A stretch of DNA of 64,000 bases, taken from contig NC_043012.1 of NCBI RefSeq assembly GCF_006345805.1, forward strand, positions 28,272,001-28,336,000, written 5' to 3'. The position numbers and the translations under genes are program-made. The notes beneath the pieces are model-generated. The model worked only from the letters and a program-made list of their open reading frames with translations. It had not been told where the DNA came from and did not search any database. Source of the DNA: Octopus sinensis. Taxonomy: Eukaryota. The stretch's first letter is position 1; every line of letters begins with the position of its first letter. Shown in pieces: positions 1 through 12,604 of the stretch.

Positions 1-1760
1 TCGACAGCTGTACTCTTCCTTCGCCGGACAACAGGTGTTCAGCATAAGCCCACATTTCAGTTTTCTCCGTACACTAAACAATAGCGTGAGGGACGGTTTC
101 CCACACACACCTTGGACAGGTCGGCGACTGACGCTTACCGTGTCTTGCGAGCTTATCCCAAACGGACAAGATACCTCTGCCGCATTGCCAGGTTAAGGAG
201 TTTTGGAAGTTGTCCAACGTTCTCAACCCGAATGTACGGTGAAACAGGCTGTCCAGTTGAATAAATCCGAGACCTAGAGTCGCCCCCAAGCCATCGTCGC
301 ATTCAGACTCTACCAACCTACTATATAAAATCCATGTGGACCCCCACCGCTGGCGTTGCCCGAGCGCCTGAATAGCAGGAGGGCCTTACGGCACTCTTTA
401 CGCCACTCACTCGACCTCGGTCTACGAGAACCCCAGGCTTCCTGTCCGTAAAAAGTTTTGAACTCGGGGAACATTTGTCTGGCCAGCGGAGACCACACCC
501 GTTCACTATCCAGGAGAATCCAAAGGTGCCTCGACCTCAACGCATGTCTGCGAATCGTTAAACAAGGCATCCCTAAACCTCCCTTTAAAAGCTTTCGTCA
601 GCAGACAGAGCGTTTCACAATTGGCGACCTGCCCTTCTACATAAAGCGAAAGAGCTGTCTCTCCAACCTGATCAACCACGAATCCGGACAGGGTACGACG
701 GTCACGCGGTAGGTAATGACCGATGCAATAAACACATTGGCCACCTCCGCCCTCCCCTTCAGGGATAGCCACCGCCAAGACCAGGTCTTGACTACTGCAG
801 CCACCCTGCTCAATATCTCCGTCAAGTTCTTCTCTATCTGGAGGTCTGGTCCAAACCAAACTCCCAGCAACTTAACCAGTCCCTCCGTCCAGCGCCCAAC
901 AACGCTTTCCGAAGGCATCGACTTGCCAATCCAGGTTAATCTTTGCTCCTGCCACCTCCTCGTAAGCCACAATAGTCTTACCCACTTCACGTTGGCGTGC
1001 TACTGAGGTTACGCTGATAGTGATATCATCCGCGTAAGCCGTAACAAACTCCTCTAGACCTGGTTCTCTCGGGATGCCACTCAACCTTCACAGAAGGGAC
1101 TCGAGAGCCATCACATACAAAAGTGGTGAGAGCGGACATCCTTGACGAACCGAGCGTTTGATGCAGAACGGCTTCGAAAGGAAACCGTTCACCCGAACTA
1201 TCGAGTCAATGTTGTGTTACAAAGCGATAAACCACCTGAGGAAGCCAAGGCCCAGGTCTAACCGCGCTATCACAGTCGCCAGGTATCGATGGTCAACCCT
1301 ATCAAAAGCTTTAGACTGGTCTAAATGTACCAATGCTCCACCTTTGCCAGATTTATTACCAACCCTCTCTATGGTATAGCGAATAAGATGGAGGATATCC
1401 TGAATGGTTCTGCCTGGGATGGCACATGTTTGTGCCTCCCCGACAATACCATTCGCGACGCGCCAACCTTTTTGTTAAGACCTTGGACAAAATCTTCACT
1501 TCTGCGTTTAACAGAGTGATGGGCCTGAAATTCTCTATAACGTCCCCCTTGTCCGGGTCCTTTCTGACCAACGTCACTACTCCCCGGCGCACAGATCTGA
1601 GGATAAACCAATTCTGTTGCCAGTTCGCATACACGTCAGCCAGTAGTTGCCCGAACAAGTCTGACATACATTTATACATCTCGTACGGAAGACCATCAAA
1701 TCCCGGCGACTTACCCGCTTTACAGTCTTCCTATTGGTGTTCGTAACTCTTGGTAATGTT
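1..1760 (-). mobile_element. Tx1-like (L1 clade) LINE ORF2 remnant: RT domain to C-terminal Cys/His motif, frameshifted
   Basis: Minus-strand pieces: KSPGFDGLPYEMY, FRPITLLNAEVKILSKVL, SVRQGCPLSPLLY, AYADDIT, LSLKGRAEVANVFIAS, CPRC..ETVPHA. Several stops and frameshifts. Confidence 0.9.
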
Positions 1761-2046
1761 GGAAACTTGCTTTCCGATAAATCAGAAACGTTGACAAAAA
1801 TTAAGCTTTCTATTTTCTTTGCTTCTCTTTGAGTTGATGATTTGTCCCCCGACGAAGAACACGAACTTTTCGGAATCTTGCCGACAATTAATGTTTTCCC
1901 CCACAGGGGAAAACCGCAGATAGCTTTCGAAAGAAAACTATACTACAATTTTTTCAACAATAAGTCCAACAATAGGCACAACAAGAGATATAACAATTAA
2001 CAGAAACTTACGAACACACTCCAACAATAAATTTTCAGTAACAGTC

Positions 2047-2289
2047 AGACGAAATACCTATTTCTTTATTACCCACAAGGGGCTAAGCACAGAGGGGACA
2101 AACGAGGACAGACAAACGGATTAAGTCGATTACATCGACACCAGTGCGTAACTGGTACTTATTTAATCGACCCCGAAAGGATGAAAGGCAAAGTCGACCT
2201 CGGCGGAATTTGAACTCAGAACGTAACGGCAGACGAAATACCGCTAAGCATTTCGCCCGGCGTGCTAACGATTCTGCCAGCTCACCGCC
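2047..2289 (-). mobile_element. tRNA-derived SINE, family 1
   Basis: Head GGCGGTGAGCTGGCAGAATCGTTAGC (A box), GAGTTCAAATTCC (B box), core CCTTTCATCCTTTCGGGGTCGAT..AAGTACCAG. Many copies in this window. Confidence 0.85.
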
Positions 2290-2442
2290 CTACCAGATTT
2301 ACATATATTAATTAATATGAGAGCTATGTAGGACTCATAAGTGACAAGGCAAAAAGAGAACGAAAAAGAAAGCAATTTCATCACACTTTTAAGACGCTCT
2401 AACAACTCTCTGCCAATCTCTCACGCTAATGATAATAATAAT

Positions 2443-2648
2443 TCCTTCTAATTTTGGTACAAAGCCTGCAATTTTAGAAAGACAGGTTAGTCGTTTGCAT
2501 TGACACCAGTACGTAACTGGTACGTTATTTTATCGACCGCGAAAGGATGAAGGTGAAGTTGAGTTCGGTGGTAATTCAACTCAGAAAGTAAAGAGCTGGA
2601 AGACATGCCATTATGCATTTTGTCCGACGTGCCAACTATTCTGCCAGA
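2443..2648 (-). mobile_element. Diverged SINE family 1 copy
   Basis: Degenerate head and core recognisable against the copy at 2047-2289. Confidence 0.65.
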
Positions 2649-2739
2649 ATAACATTTTCTATGTTGGCCACAATAGCCAACACAATACAAAGACAAAAGA
2701 CAGTGAGAATTTACATAGACACGTGCAAACAATAACATT

Positions 2740-3780
2740 AATTAATAACAAGAGTTAATTAACAAAAGAATTAAAACAAGTGTTCCCAATAGGGAGAAAT
2801 GTCACCTTGGATCAACCAAGGAACCCTACAGAACTCGAGTCACCTGCTGACCAAGAGTATTATGGCACGTGACTCTCTCTTCGTACTTTTCAGCCTACAG
2901 GTATATGCTTCAAGTAGGTTCATATGCTCGGACCATTCTCGCTACATTCACCCACCATTTTACAAGTTTATTGCGGTGGAACAGCACCTCCTTCTCCATT
3001 CTCACTTTCCTTTCCAAGTGAAACTTGAAAAAGGAGAGTCTCTGTTTCCTGTCGTTTCAGCCGCAACTACCATCAACATCTTCCGCCACACCCACCGAAG
3101 GGATGAAATGTGCCTGCATTTCCATGTCAAAGGAAGGCATTGGGAAAATCTTCACAATGGATTCAGTTGATAACTGGATCCTTCCTACATGTAATAGCAT
3201 ATATTCAATATCAATCCTCACGTCAGCAATGCTCGAGCATTATATGCGCGCGCTTTTTCTTCAGAATGCTATGGCAGGAGTTCTTAATGGTGGTTTAATC
3301 AACTGATCGAAAGTAGTGAGCACCTGATGGCACTCTACGAGCCAAGCATCCTGCTTCGCTCTCCGCTTGATCCCGGAGTTGTACCTCTGTCAAAGAAACG
3401 AATTGTGGAAAAGCGTGTCTAGCAAACGGCGATTACTCTTACTCACCAACAAAGAAAGGATGGAGGTGTCGCAGCCTCAGCGCGCATCTGTGCTTCATTA
3501 GTTACTGGATACTCACTCCTCCGCACAGTGGAAGTTGACGACAAATCAACCGTCTGACCAGTGGAACACTTCCCTTCAACAGAAAGCGGAAATGCAAGTA
3601 TTCCCACGGAGCGTGGTAAGGCACGATGGTTAAGCGTTAATAGATCACAGAAGCGATGTAGACATTACTCACCTCTACTCGACCATTCCCCACCACTGCT
3701 CATCCGTCCAGCACCCCATGACGCAATTCGGTGGATTGGACCAGCCCCTCTATGTGCTCAGTTACATGTCCAGTGACTTG
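2740..3780 (-). mobile_element. Tx1-like LINE 3' fragment
   Basis: Translates to NVYIASVIY*RLTIVP..FRFLLKGSVPLVRR and GRIQLSTESIV..FFKFHLERKVRMEKEVL, homologous to the C-termini at 1-320 and 11340-11570. Confidence 0.7.
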
Positions 3781-3994
3781 CCCTGGTTAATTTTACTCCT
3801 GTAACTGCCTTTTATTCCCTTTGTGTAGTGTCTAAGTTGGGGTTGGACGTGTATTTTCGTGTGTTCCTATGTATGTGTTTGTGTTTGAAAGAAGAACAGA
3901 GAGATTTTACCAGTTGGTGAATTTCGATTGTTGTGGGTGTCGTTGCGGGGAGCTAAAAGATTTTTGGATATAAGTCTGAAATTTAAGCTGTATG

Positions 3995-4354
3995 TCTTGA
4001 AGGTTTCTTAGTGTGTATTGGCTTGGAACGTCTGGTCCATGGACAACGGGTCGCCATGCAGATAGATTTATAAAAACAACGTTTTTCCTACTTTTCGAAT
4101 TGCCTCTCTGCACCTTATATAAGCAAAAGTAGCAGTCATCTCTGTGATTTTTTAGGCTGTCTCACCACATCTTCAAAAGAATTGAGCAGGCCTTATGAGA
4201 ATCCTACTTCTTATCTTGGTCTCCTAATTTTTTCCGCAAAGAAGGCATAAGATTTTTTGACAAATTTCGTTATGTTTCTCTGACACTTCTTAGTCATAAA
4301 CTCACCACAAATATAACAAAAGGTATTCAGGCTTGCTTCACATCTAGAAGCCAT
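3995..4354 (-). mobile_element. DNA transposase N-terminal remnant, Chapaev3-like (CMC superfamily)
   Basis: MASRC...FCYICGEF...GDQDK...KNHRDDCYFC...RPVVHGPDVP with stops. Family name is from my memory of the motif set. Confidence 0.65.
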
Positions 4355-4467
4355 CTGACCACATTGTTCGGGTAAGTGTCTTCTACTGTAGCCTCGGGCC
4401 GACCAAGGCCTTGAGAGTGGAATTGGTAGACGGAGGAAGTCCGTCATATATACATGAATAGACATAT

Positions 4468-4851
4468 ACTTTATTCTTTTATTCCTTCACTGGTCTCAGT
4501 AATTTGACTGCAGTCATACTAGAGCACCGCTTTTAGTCAGACAAATCGGATCCAAGACTTATTCTTTGTAAGCTTAGCACTTATTCTATCGTACTCTTTT
4601 TGCTGAACCGCTAAGTTACGGGGACGTAAAAACACCAACATCGGTTGTCAAGTGATGGTGGGGGACAACCACACATACACACACACACAGATACACGACG
4701 GGTTTCTTCCGTATACCAAATCCACTCATAAGGCTTTGGTCGGCCCGAGGCTATAGTAGAAGACACATGCCCAAGGTGCTACGCAGTGAGACTGAACCCG
4801 GAACCATGTGGTTGTGAAGCAAGCTTCTTACCACACAGCCACACCAGCGCC
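4468..4851 (-). mobile_element. tRNA-derived SINE, family 2 (CORE-like)
   Basis: Head GGCGC(A)GG..TGGCTGTGTGGTAAG, GGTTCAGTC B box, CACCTTGGGCAAGTGTCTT core-like motif, internal (TG)n, tail CAGTCAAAT..AAAAGA. A 3' half-copy on + follows at ~4862-5075. Confidence 0.85.
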
Positions 4852-5145
4852 TATATATATATGTGTGTGTGTTTATCTCCCTACCACCACTTGACAATCA
4901 CTACTGGTATGTTTGCACCCCCATAACTTAGCAGTTTGGCAAAAGAAACCGATAGAATAAGTACCACGCCTTAAGAAAAAATTAAGTGCTGTAGTCGCTT
5001 CAGTCTCTTCAAGGTGGTGCTCCATCATGACTGCAGTCCAATGACTAAAACAAGTAAAAGATAAAAGATAAACGATATTAATGAAGCATTGAAATGTAAC
5101 TGATGATACATTAAAACAATGTATATAGCACACACACACACACAC

Positions 5146-5253
<108 letters not shown>

Positions 5254-5584
5254 TTTGAAAAAAAGGCGTGGGGAAATAAATGAAATAAAAAACAGAAACG
5301 TTTTAACGAAACATGACCTCGTAAAGCACGTTTTTCTCTCCTCTGCTTGCGGGTGACTGATACTACAGTAATGCAGGCACCTATGGAGCTGAAACTGTCT
5401 AAATGTTGCCAGATGCTTATTTTTCAAAGCAATACCTAATAGCTGTACGGTATTAGTCTATTTAATTATGGCAATTAACAGTAATAATAAAAGACAATGG
5501 TCAAATTCAGGCATAATAGTAAAATGCAATGATCGGTTTTGAGAAAGAAGCTATGATATGATAATTTCTATGTAATTTTTGAAA

Positions 5585-5856
5585 TCAGTAGGTAAAGATC
5601 GAGTCACAGTCCTGTATTATTGTTGGGGCTTTGCGGACTATATCAAAAGATATAAGGAGGAATATAACGAAAATGGGAAGTGGGTGTCCGGTAGAGTTGT
5701 TACAAAAAGTTTGCCTCTTTGGTACGACCAGAATCATCAGGAAAGTACAAGATAGTCGAAGAGAATAAATAGCATAGTACTGTAGGCTGCAGATAGCGAG
5801 TCCTCAACACATGCAAGATTCTAGGGCTTTCAATAAAACCTCAGTTAAAAGAAGAA

Positions 5857-5860
<4 letters not shown>
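5585..5860 (+). mobile_element. Dong/R4-type LINE 3' end (end of restriction-like endonuclease plus 3' UTR)
   Basis: IIVGALRTISK...CPVELLQKVCLFGTTRIIRKV, followed by (CTA)n(AAT)n. Confidence 0.6.
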
Positions 5861-5912
<52 letters not shown>

Positions 5913-6016
5913 ATAATAATAATAATAATAATAATGATTGATTGATTGATTGATTCTAGTTTCAGCTTATGAGCTGTGGCCATGCTGGGGCACCGCCATT
6001 ATTATAATAATAATAA

Positions 6017-6377
6017 GTCTTTCTGCTATAGGCACAAGGTTTGAAATTGTTGGGGAGGGGACTAGTCGATTACCCCGAAAAGGTGAAAGGCAAAATCGAC
6101 CTCGGCGAAATTTGAACTAAGGATGTGAAGACGGGTGAAATACCTATTTCTTTACTACCCACAAGGGGCTAAACACAGAGGGGACATACAAGGACAGACA
6201 AAATTGGATTAAGTCGATTATATCGACCCCAGTGCGTAACTGGTACTTATTTAATCGACCCCGACAGGATGAATGGCAAAGTCGACCTCGGCGGAATTTG
6301 AACTCAGAACGTAGCGACAGACGAAATACTGCTAAGCATTTCGCCCGGCGTGCTAACGTTTCTGCCAGCTCGCCGCC
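6017..6377 (-). mobile_element. SINE family 1, dimeric form
   Basis: Full head, core and linker, then a second monomer starting at GGTATTTC. Confidence 0.8.
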
Positions 6378-6378
<1 letters not shown>

Positions 6379-6461
<83 letters not shown>

Positions 6462-6490
6462 ATGATGATGGTGATGAAGATGATGATGAC
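6379..6490. repeat. Compound (AAT)n-(GAT)n microsatellite
   Basis: Read directly. Confidence 0.95.
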
Positions 6491-6749
6491 GATTTCTTTT
6501 ATTGGCCCCAAGAGCCCAAAACATGCACGACAATATCGAAGGATGACTTACAGCACACAAAAAAGCACCACAAAACAAAAATTACAAATGCATGTAGGGT
6601 TAACATCAATCAAGGGGAGATACAACCACATTAAAGGATATAACAGGGGATATATAATTGAGAGGAGAGAAATAAAGAAATATAGATAAATAGAATTTCT
6701 AATACCGGGGCGGTCCACTTAGGGTAATCTGCGGTGTACCTCATAGTAA

Positions 6750-7200
6750 TAATACGGAAAAGAAGTTAGAAAATAATAGACCGGACATAACAGTTATACA
6801 TAAGGAAAAGCGAAGTTGCTTAGTAATCGACCCATCATGCCTGTTTCATTCCAGGATCATAAAGAAAGAAGTCGAAAAACGTAAAAAAACCCCCAAAAAA
6901 TACAATCTCATAAAATTTGAAACAAGAAGAATTTGGCTTATGAAATCTGTAAAGGTTGTGCCTAAAATAAGCGGTGTGTTGGGAACAGTAAGCCCACACT
7001 AAGACAAATAGCTGCAGGATATTGGAATAAAATGCCCCGTAGAGTTCCTATAGAAAGTTTGTCTCTTAGGTACTGCAACGGTTACCATTGGGGTTCTAAG
7101 CACTTGAAAGACAACTGAAAACTTGTGGATACTTACGGTTACCCACTACCCATATTAATCCTATCAGGAATAAGCCCGAACCTGAGTCAAACCAAAATAA
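6750..7200 (+). mobile_element. Dong/R4-type LINE endonuclease fragment with 3' UTR and (AAT)n tail
   Basis: KLENNRPDITVIHKEKRSCLVIDPSC (PD..D motif) ... GVLGTVS ... CPVEFL*KVCLLGTA. Confidence 0.7.
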
Positions 7201-7210
7201 TAATAATAAC

Positions 7211-7419
7211 CCTTTCCACTATAGGCACAAAGGCCTGAAATTTAGGGGGAGGGGTTAAGTCGATTTCATCGACCCCAGTGCTCAACTGGCACTTAATTTA
7301 TCGACCCCGAAAGGATGAAAGGCAAAGTCGACCTCGGCAGAACTTGAACTCAGAGCATAAAGACAGACGAAATGTCGCTAAGCATTTTGCCTGGAGTGCC
7401 ATTCTGTCAGCTCGCTGCC
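7211..7419 (-). mobile_element. SINE family 1 copy
   Basis: Head, B box and core match the other copies. Confidence 0.8.
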
Positions 7420-7438
7420 TATAGTATTATTATTATTA

Positions 7439-7989
7439 TTGAGTGAGAGAGCAGTGCATGCCATCAAAGTGACACTGGGGTAAAATATACGAAGCCCAGT
7501 ATACCCATCATGACTACCTGTCTGATAAGGGTATACCAGGCACATGCATCACAACCATATGTGCGCGACATGGTGATCTCATATCAAGATAAACAGCACA
7601 TGACCTTGCAGGTGGGGCCCAGTTAGAATTTTCTTCTGGTCGAGTAGCCCATCCCGCTCAAAAGGTCCCTGAATAAGGGTTGTTTAAGAATGTTGAATGA
7701 AACACCAATGTTTCCAGAGGTGAATTATTCAAACCCCAAAGAATCCCTCTCAACACATGGCTATGATGCTCCCCCACTACTTCTGCTCGTGATCAGAGAT
7801 GCACATATCATCAGCCACTAAGGGACATGGTCAACTGGTTAAGGTCAAACAACTGACAAGCAAATCTGTGGTATTGAGCAGAATATTTGCTGTAGCCCAT
7901 CTTTTACACCAAGACAAAACAATGTACATGATAACACTTCCAATCAGTTAAGATCAGAAGCCATGAGAGCCATTGCCTGGTACTGCTAG
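7439..7989. mobile_element. ~550-bp non-coding dispersed element embedded in (ATT)n
   Basis: Closely similar copies at 8065-8392 and 41021-41486; trinucleotide repeats flank its ends. Confidence 0.8.
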
Positions 7990-7992
7990 TAT

Positions 7993-8051
<59 letters not shown>

Positions 8052-8064
8052 CAACAATAACAAC

Positions 8065-8392
8065 GCCCTGATGCTGTACCAGGCAGTGGCTCTCATGGCT
8101 TCTGATCTTAACTGACTGGAAGTATTATCATGTACATTGTTTTGTCTTGGTATAAAAGATGGGCTTCAGCAAATATTCTGCTCAATATCACACATTTGCC
8201 TCTCAGTTGTTTGACCATAACCAGTTGAGCATGTCCCTAAGTGGCTGACGATATGTGCATCTCTGATCACAAGCAGAAGTAGTGGGGGAGCATCATAGCC
8301 ATGTGTTGAGAGGGATTCTTTGGGGTTTGAATAATTCACCTCTGGAAACATGGGTGTTTCGTTCAACATCCTTAAACAACCCTTATTCAGGG
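8065..8392. mobile_element. Partial inverted copy of the (ATT)n-embedded element
   Basis: Reverse complement of ~7667-7987. Confidence 0.8.
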
Positions 8393-8796
8393 TTGATCCT
8401 CTTACATTTTTCTTTCTATGGTGGGTGCGGTGGTGAACTTGGAGGGCTCGAGTTGGAGCAGTTCCTGTTCAAGTGACTATCTATCTATTGTATTCAGAGA
8501 AGTGTTTGTACCAGTGGATGACTTTGCGACCCCAGGTTGGCTCTTTCCAGGGGACACGCTTCCAGGTTAACCGTAGGACAAGCGATTTGGTATACTGTTG
8601 TAGTTTTCCTCTTTGTTTCGTAAGACATATTTGTGCTGCATTAAAATTATTAGTATTGACTATGTGTGCCAGATGTAAAGTTGTTGTCTCTGCCACTGTT
8701 GTCAACTCTGCCATTAATACCGTTACAGTTACCTTAACCTTGCCATTAAAGCATTGTTCATCGTCAGTTACCACCAATAGTGCCTTGATCTGCACA

Positions 8797-8864
<68 letters not shown>

Positions 8865-8874
8865 CATCATTATT

Positions 8875-9086
8875 AAGGAGGTGAGCTGGCAGAATCGTTA
8901 GCGCGGTGGGTAAAATGCTTAACGGTATTTCGCCCGTCGCTACATTCTGAGTTCAAATTCCGCCGAGGTCGACTTTACCTTTCATCTTTTCGGTATCGAT
9001 AAAATAAGTACCAGTTGAACACTGGGGTCGATGTAAGCGACTCTCCCTCCCCCAAAATGGCTGTTCTTGTTTCCAAATTTGAAACC
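8875..9086 (+). mobile_element. SINE family 1 copy with (CTT)n tail
   Basis: Head, core and TTTGAAACC end, then (CTT)n to ~9225. Confidence 0.85.
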
Positions 9087-9234
9087 ATTCTTCTTCTTCT
9101 TCTTCTTCTTCTTCTTCTTCTTCTTCTTCTTCTTCTTCTTCTTCTTCTTCTTCTTCTTCTTCTTCTTCTTCTCTTCTTCTTCTTCTTCTTCTTCTTCTTC
9201 TTCTTCTTCTTCTACTTCTTCTTCTCATTATTAA

Positions 9235-9566
9235 GGCGGTGAGCTGGCAGAAACGTTAGCATGCCGGGCGAAATGCGTAGCCGTATTTCGTCTGCCGTTA
9301 CGTTCTGAGTTCAAATTTCGCCGAGGTCGACTTTGCCTTTCATCCTTTCGAGGTCGATAAATTAAGTACCAGTTACGCACTGTGGTCTCGACTTAATCCG
9401 TTTGTCTGTCCTTGTCTTTGTACTCTGAGTTCAAATTCCGCCGAGGTCGACTTTGCCTTTCATTCTTTCGGGGTCGATAAATTAAGTACCAGTTGAAAAC
9501 TTGGGTCGATGTAATCGACTCATCCCCTCCCTCAAAACTGCTGCCCTTGTGGAAAATTTTGAAACC
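9235..9566 (+). mobile_element. SINE family 1, dimeric form with (ATT)n tail
   Basis: B box and core occur twice. Confidence 0.85.
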
Positions 9567-9597
9567 ATTATTATTATTATTATTATTATTATTAGCT

Positions 9598-11165
9598 TTT
9601 TCTCTTTCCTTCAACTTTGTTTCCATTTCTTACCGAGTATCTTTCCGACATCTACTGCGAAAAAAAACCTCACTGTATTTATTGATAGGTCAGTAAAATA
9701 GAGCCACCAGATTGTTCATTTACAAATTCATATAAAATTATGTAGAAAAAAAGTTATTTATATAGAAGTTAACCGTTCTCACAGCGAAAATGCTCTACTC
9801 AATACCTGTAACGTACCACTTAAACAATATTTCACTTCTTACCGCGATGGTACGTCAGAGATATTTTCATAATTTTTATTTTTTATCATTACTAGTGCTC
9901 CTACAATAACTGGTATTGTAATCGCCTTGAGATGCCACAGTTTTTCAATTTCAATGAGCAAATCTTTATAATTTCTGAGCTTGTGAAATTCTTTTGCTGA
10001 AATATTATGATCACAAAGGATACTTGTGTCAATCAAGAAACAGATTTTACTATTTTTGTCCTTCACAATATCCGGTTTATTAGCTTTGATGGCTGATCTG
10101 TATGTACTGGAAAGTTCCAAAGTATCGTTACCCGGTTTCCCTCAGTTACAGTCTTGGTGCGATGCTTTTACTACTTGTCGACAGTTGTGATTTTATAATT
10201 CGGACAGCGTTGATATTGGCCAATGCACCCATGCCTTGATTTATACTCTTCTGGTGCCAAAACTTTACATCTGGAGATTAAGTAGTCTACTGTTTCAATC
10301 TCCTCATTGCAGAATCGATATTTTATTCTACTTCATTTTTCATCACACTGGTTTGGTAGTTCCGGATCAATAAGATTTAATCTTGAGCAGCAAAGATGAA
10401 GCCTTTGCCCTCTACCTTTAGCCCTGAGTTTCGTAGCCACTTATGAGTGGCCGGTCAATATCAACTTGTTTGCTACGGGCCACATATTTGCCACGCGGAA
10501 GTTTCTGCTCTCACCTACCGGCCAATTGACTATGTACTTTTATCTTTGTCATTAATTTTGATTTTTTTTTTGCTACCACAGTTGCCACATTTCCCTCAGG
10601 CTGTTCAACCTGAATACCATTAATGAAATCAATTGCACATTTTTTGCTCTCCTTTAAGATAGAATGAAGCTTCTTACACTTCTCTGATTTGCAATGAGTT
10701 TTAGCATACAGTCATCAGTTGTTTTAAGATATTTGGCCAATCCAATTGTGGTGGTTTTGTAAGAAGTTAAAACTGGATCAAGCATCGACCATCTTGGGCT
10801 CTGTAAAGGTAGAGACAATCCACATCTGCCTTTGGGTGGTGCATCAGTAGCTTACGAATTTTCTATCAATTTTCCTTATTATACATATTTTTCAGTTCAA
10901 CACATTGAAGCTATAAGTAACAATTGAAACTGCTAAGGCATTTATGGCTAACATCTTGTTATAGATATTTAATTCAGATTTCAGAACAGCTCGTTCTCTC
11001 CTATTAAGTGTCTGTCTGATCTTTTTTTTTTCATTCCTACATGCTTCGTTCATTCCTAGATATTTATAGGTTTGTTCCTGTTCAAGTTCTTTTATAACTG
11101 TGTCAATAGCTAACACGGCTGGATTTGAGATTATCAATTTCCTTTTCTGGCCTTGGCACACTTAT
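9598..11165 (-). mobile_element. Dong/R4-type LINE, 5'-truncated and decayed
   Basis: TYKYLGMN..LKSELN..AVSIVTYSFNVLN (end of RT); ANKPDIVKDK..CFLID..KLRNYKDLLIEIEKLWHLK..IVGAL (endonuclease). 3' UTR shared with 62690-62950. Confidence 0.85.
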
Positions 11166-11299
11166 CGAGACCAGACTCCATCCCTGTTTTGCTTGTAAAA
11201 ATTGTTTCTTTTCTTAGACCTTCGTATTCTTCGAGCTTTTGCTTGAAACTCTATGTACAGTGTCCGAACACTGCCTGACTTGTGAAGTTATGTCAAACA

Positions 11300-11720
11300 C
11301 CTGTCATCTATAAGACAGATCCAGTTATCGGATTACTTCAAAGTGAAGATCGCCCCGTCGTCTTCCTTTGGTGGACGTGACTGAGAAGGCTTGAAGGCAA
11401 GCATTTTCCTCTTCGGCCAAGGCCTCATCAACTTTTTCAGATTATACTTGGAAAAAAGAGTGAACTTAGAGAGGGAGGTGCTGTCTCCCGGTAAGTTTGT
11501 TGAAAGGTGGATGAATATAGCGAGGATGGCTCGAGTAAGTGGACCTACTTTAAGCATGTGCCTGTAGACTGAAATTTACTGAGAGGAGCACTTACCATGG
11601 TGCACCTGGTGAGTTGTCTTTTTGGGTGGGAAATTTCGTGTGAGTTGTGTGAATGGTATGATGAGTTTCAGTGTCAGGCAGTGATTGACTAGTATAAGTG
11701 ACGTGCAGTTTGTGTTGAAT
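11300..11720 (+). mobile_element. Tx1-like LINE extreme 3' end
   Basis: GQGLINFFRLYLEKRVNLEREVLSPGKFVERWMNIARMARVSGPTLSMCL*. Confidence 0.7.
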
Positions 11721-11899
11721 TAATGAGCTGCAACAATACACACTATGAGCTGCTAATGTTAAATAATGCAAGAGTACATGTATTATTTTATTAGATGTCA
11801 TTCGTATAGATTCGTATGTGTTGTATGAATGGTTTTATTTTCTTAAGTCCTTATTGTTGTATAAGGATGTACAATAAGCAGAGAGTGTATTGCTTCAGT

Positions 11900-12560
11900 T
11901 TTGTTAGTCAATTGAATGTAACTTGGCGTAAGATGTGGTACATATCTAATGACGCCAGGGAGAGGAATACCTGTGTAGGTATGGTGTGTATATTTCTATT
12001 TATATTTTTTTATGAAACCTAATGCGCCTATTATATTTGCTTTCATGATTCACCCATTGTACTTCCATTTGAAGCTACTTGTATTTTTACATTTTTTACC
12101 TTCTTTTTTGGCAATGTTTGGGTGAGAAGGTTCGAGATGTAAAACAATGTACAGGTATTTTGTTCTTTGCCTGAACTCTTTAGTTAGTTTGAAGAGGCAT
12201 GTATCATGTCCTTTTGACCATGTAACGTGTTTGCTATATGCTTATACATGTCCACTTTCATTTTGAAGTTTTGGCACATTGACCAGATGCCATATCTACA
12301 AACTCTATAAGCTTGCGAATATATCCGGATTTGGCAAGGATTTAGAACTCGGACTTTATGTTCTAAATTGTCTCTTTGTCAGCACTTAATGTTAGCATTT
12401 CTTTCACTTTGTTATTTCTGTTGTTGTTTGTCACAAAGCATTGGTCTTGTGTAACTAGATTCAGATCTGTTGCTCTTATTTTTGAGACCTTTTTGGCTTT
12501 TGTTCTAGTATATATCCTCTCTTTCGATTTTCAAGAGACCTTGGCCATAGAAAGTCACAT
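11900..12560 (-). mobile_element. Heavily decayed Dong/R4-type C-terminal fragment
   Basis: VTQDQCFVTNN...KETI...IWSMCQNFKMK...IIGALGFIK...HILRQV, with many stops. Confidence 0.55.
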
Positions 12561-12604
12561 GTAAATTTGATTGAAGAGGGTAAAAGAATTTAAGGTTAAT
12601 GCGA

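Noticed and set aside
8065-8200. HDV-like ribozyme at the end of the (AAT)n-embedded element
   Set aside because: A hairpin followed by CAA is present, but the spacing leaves no room for P3/L3.
8400-8800. ORFs 8473-8901 and 8481-8870 as host exons
   Set aside because: They run into an (ATT)n tract and have no recognisable domain; at most a faint LINE-like remnant.
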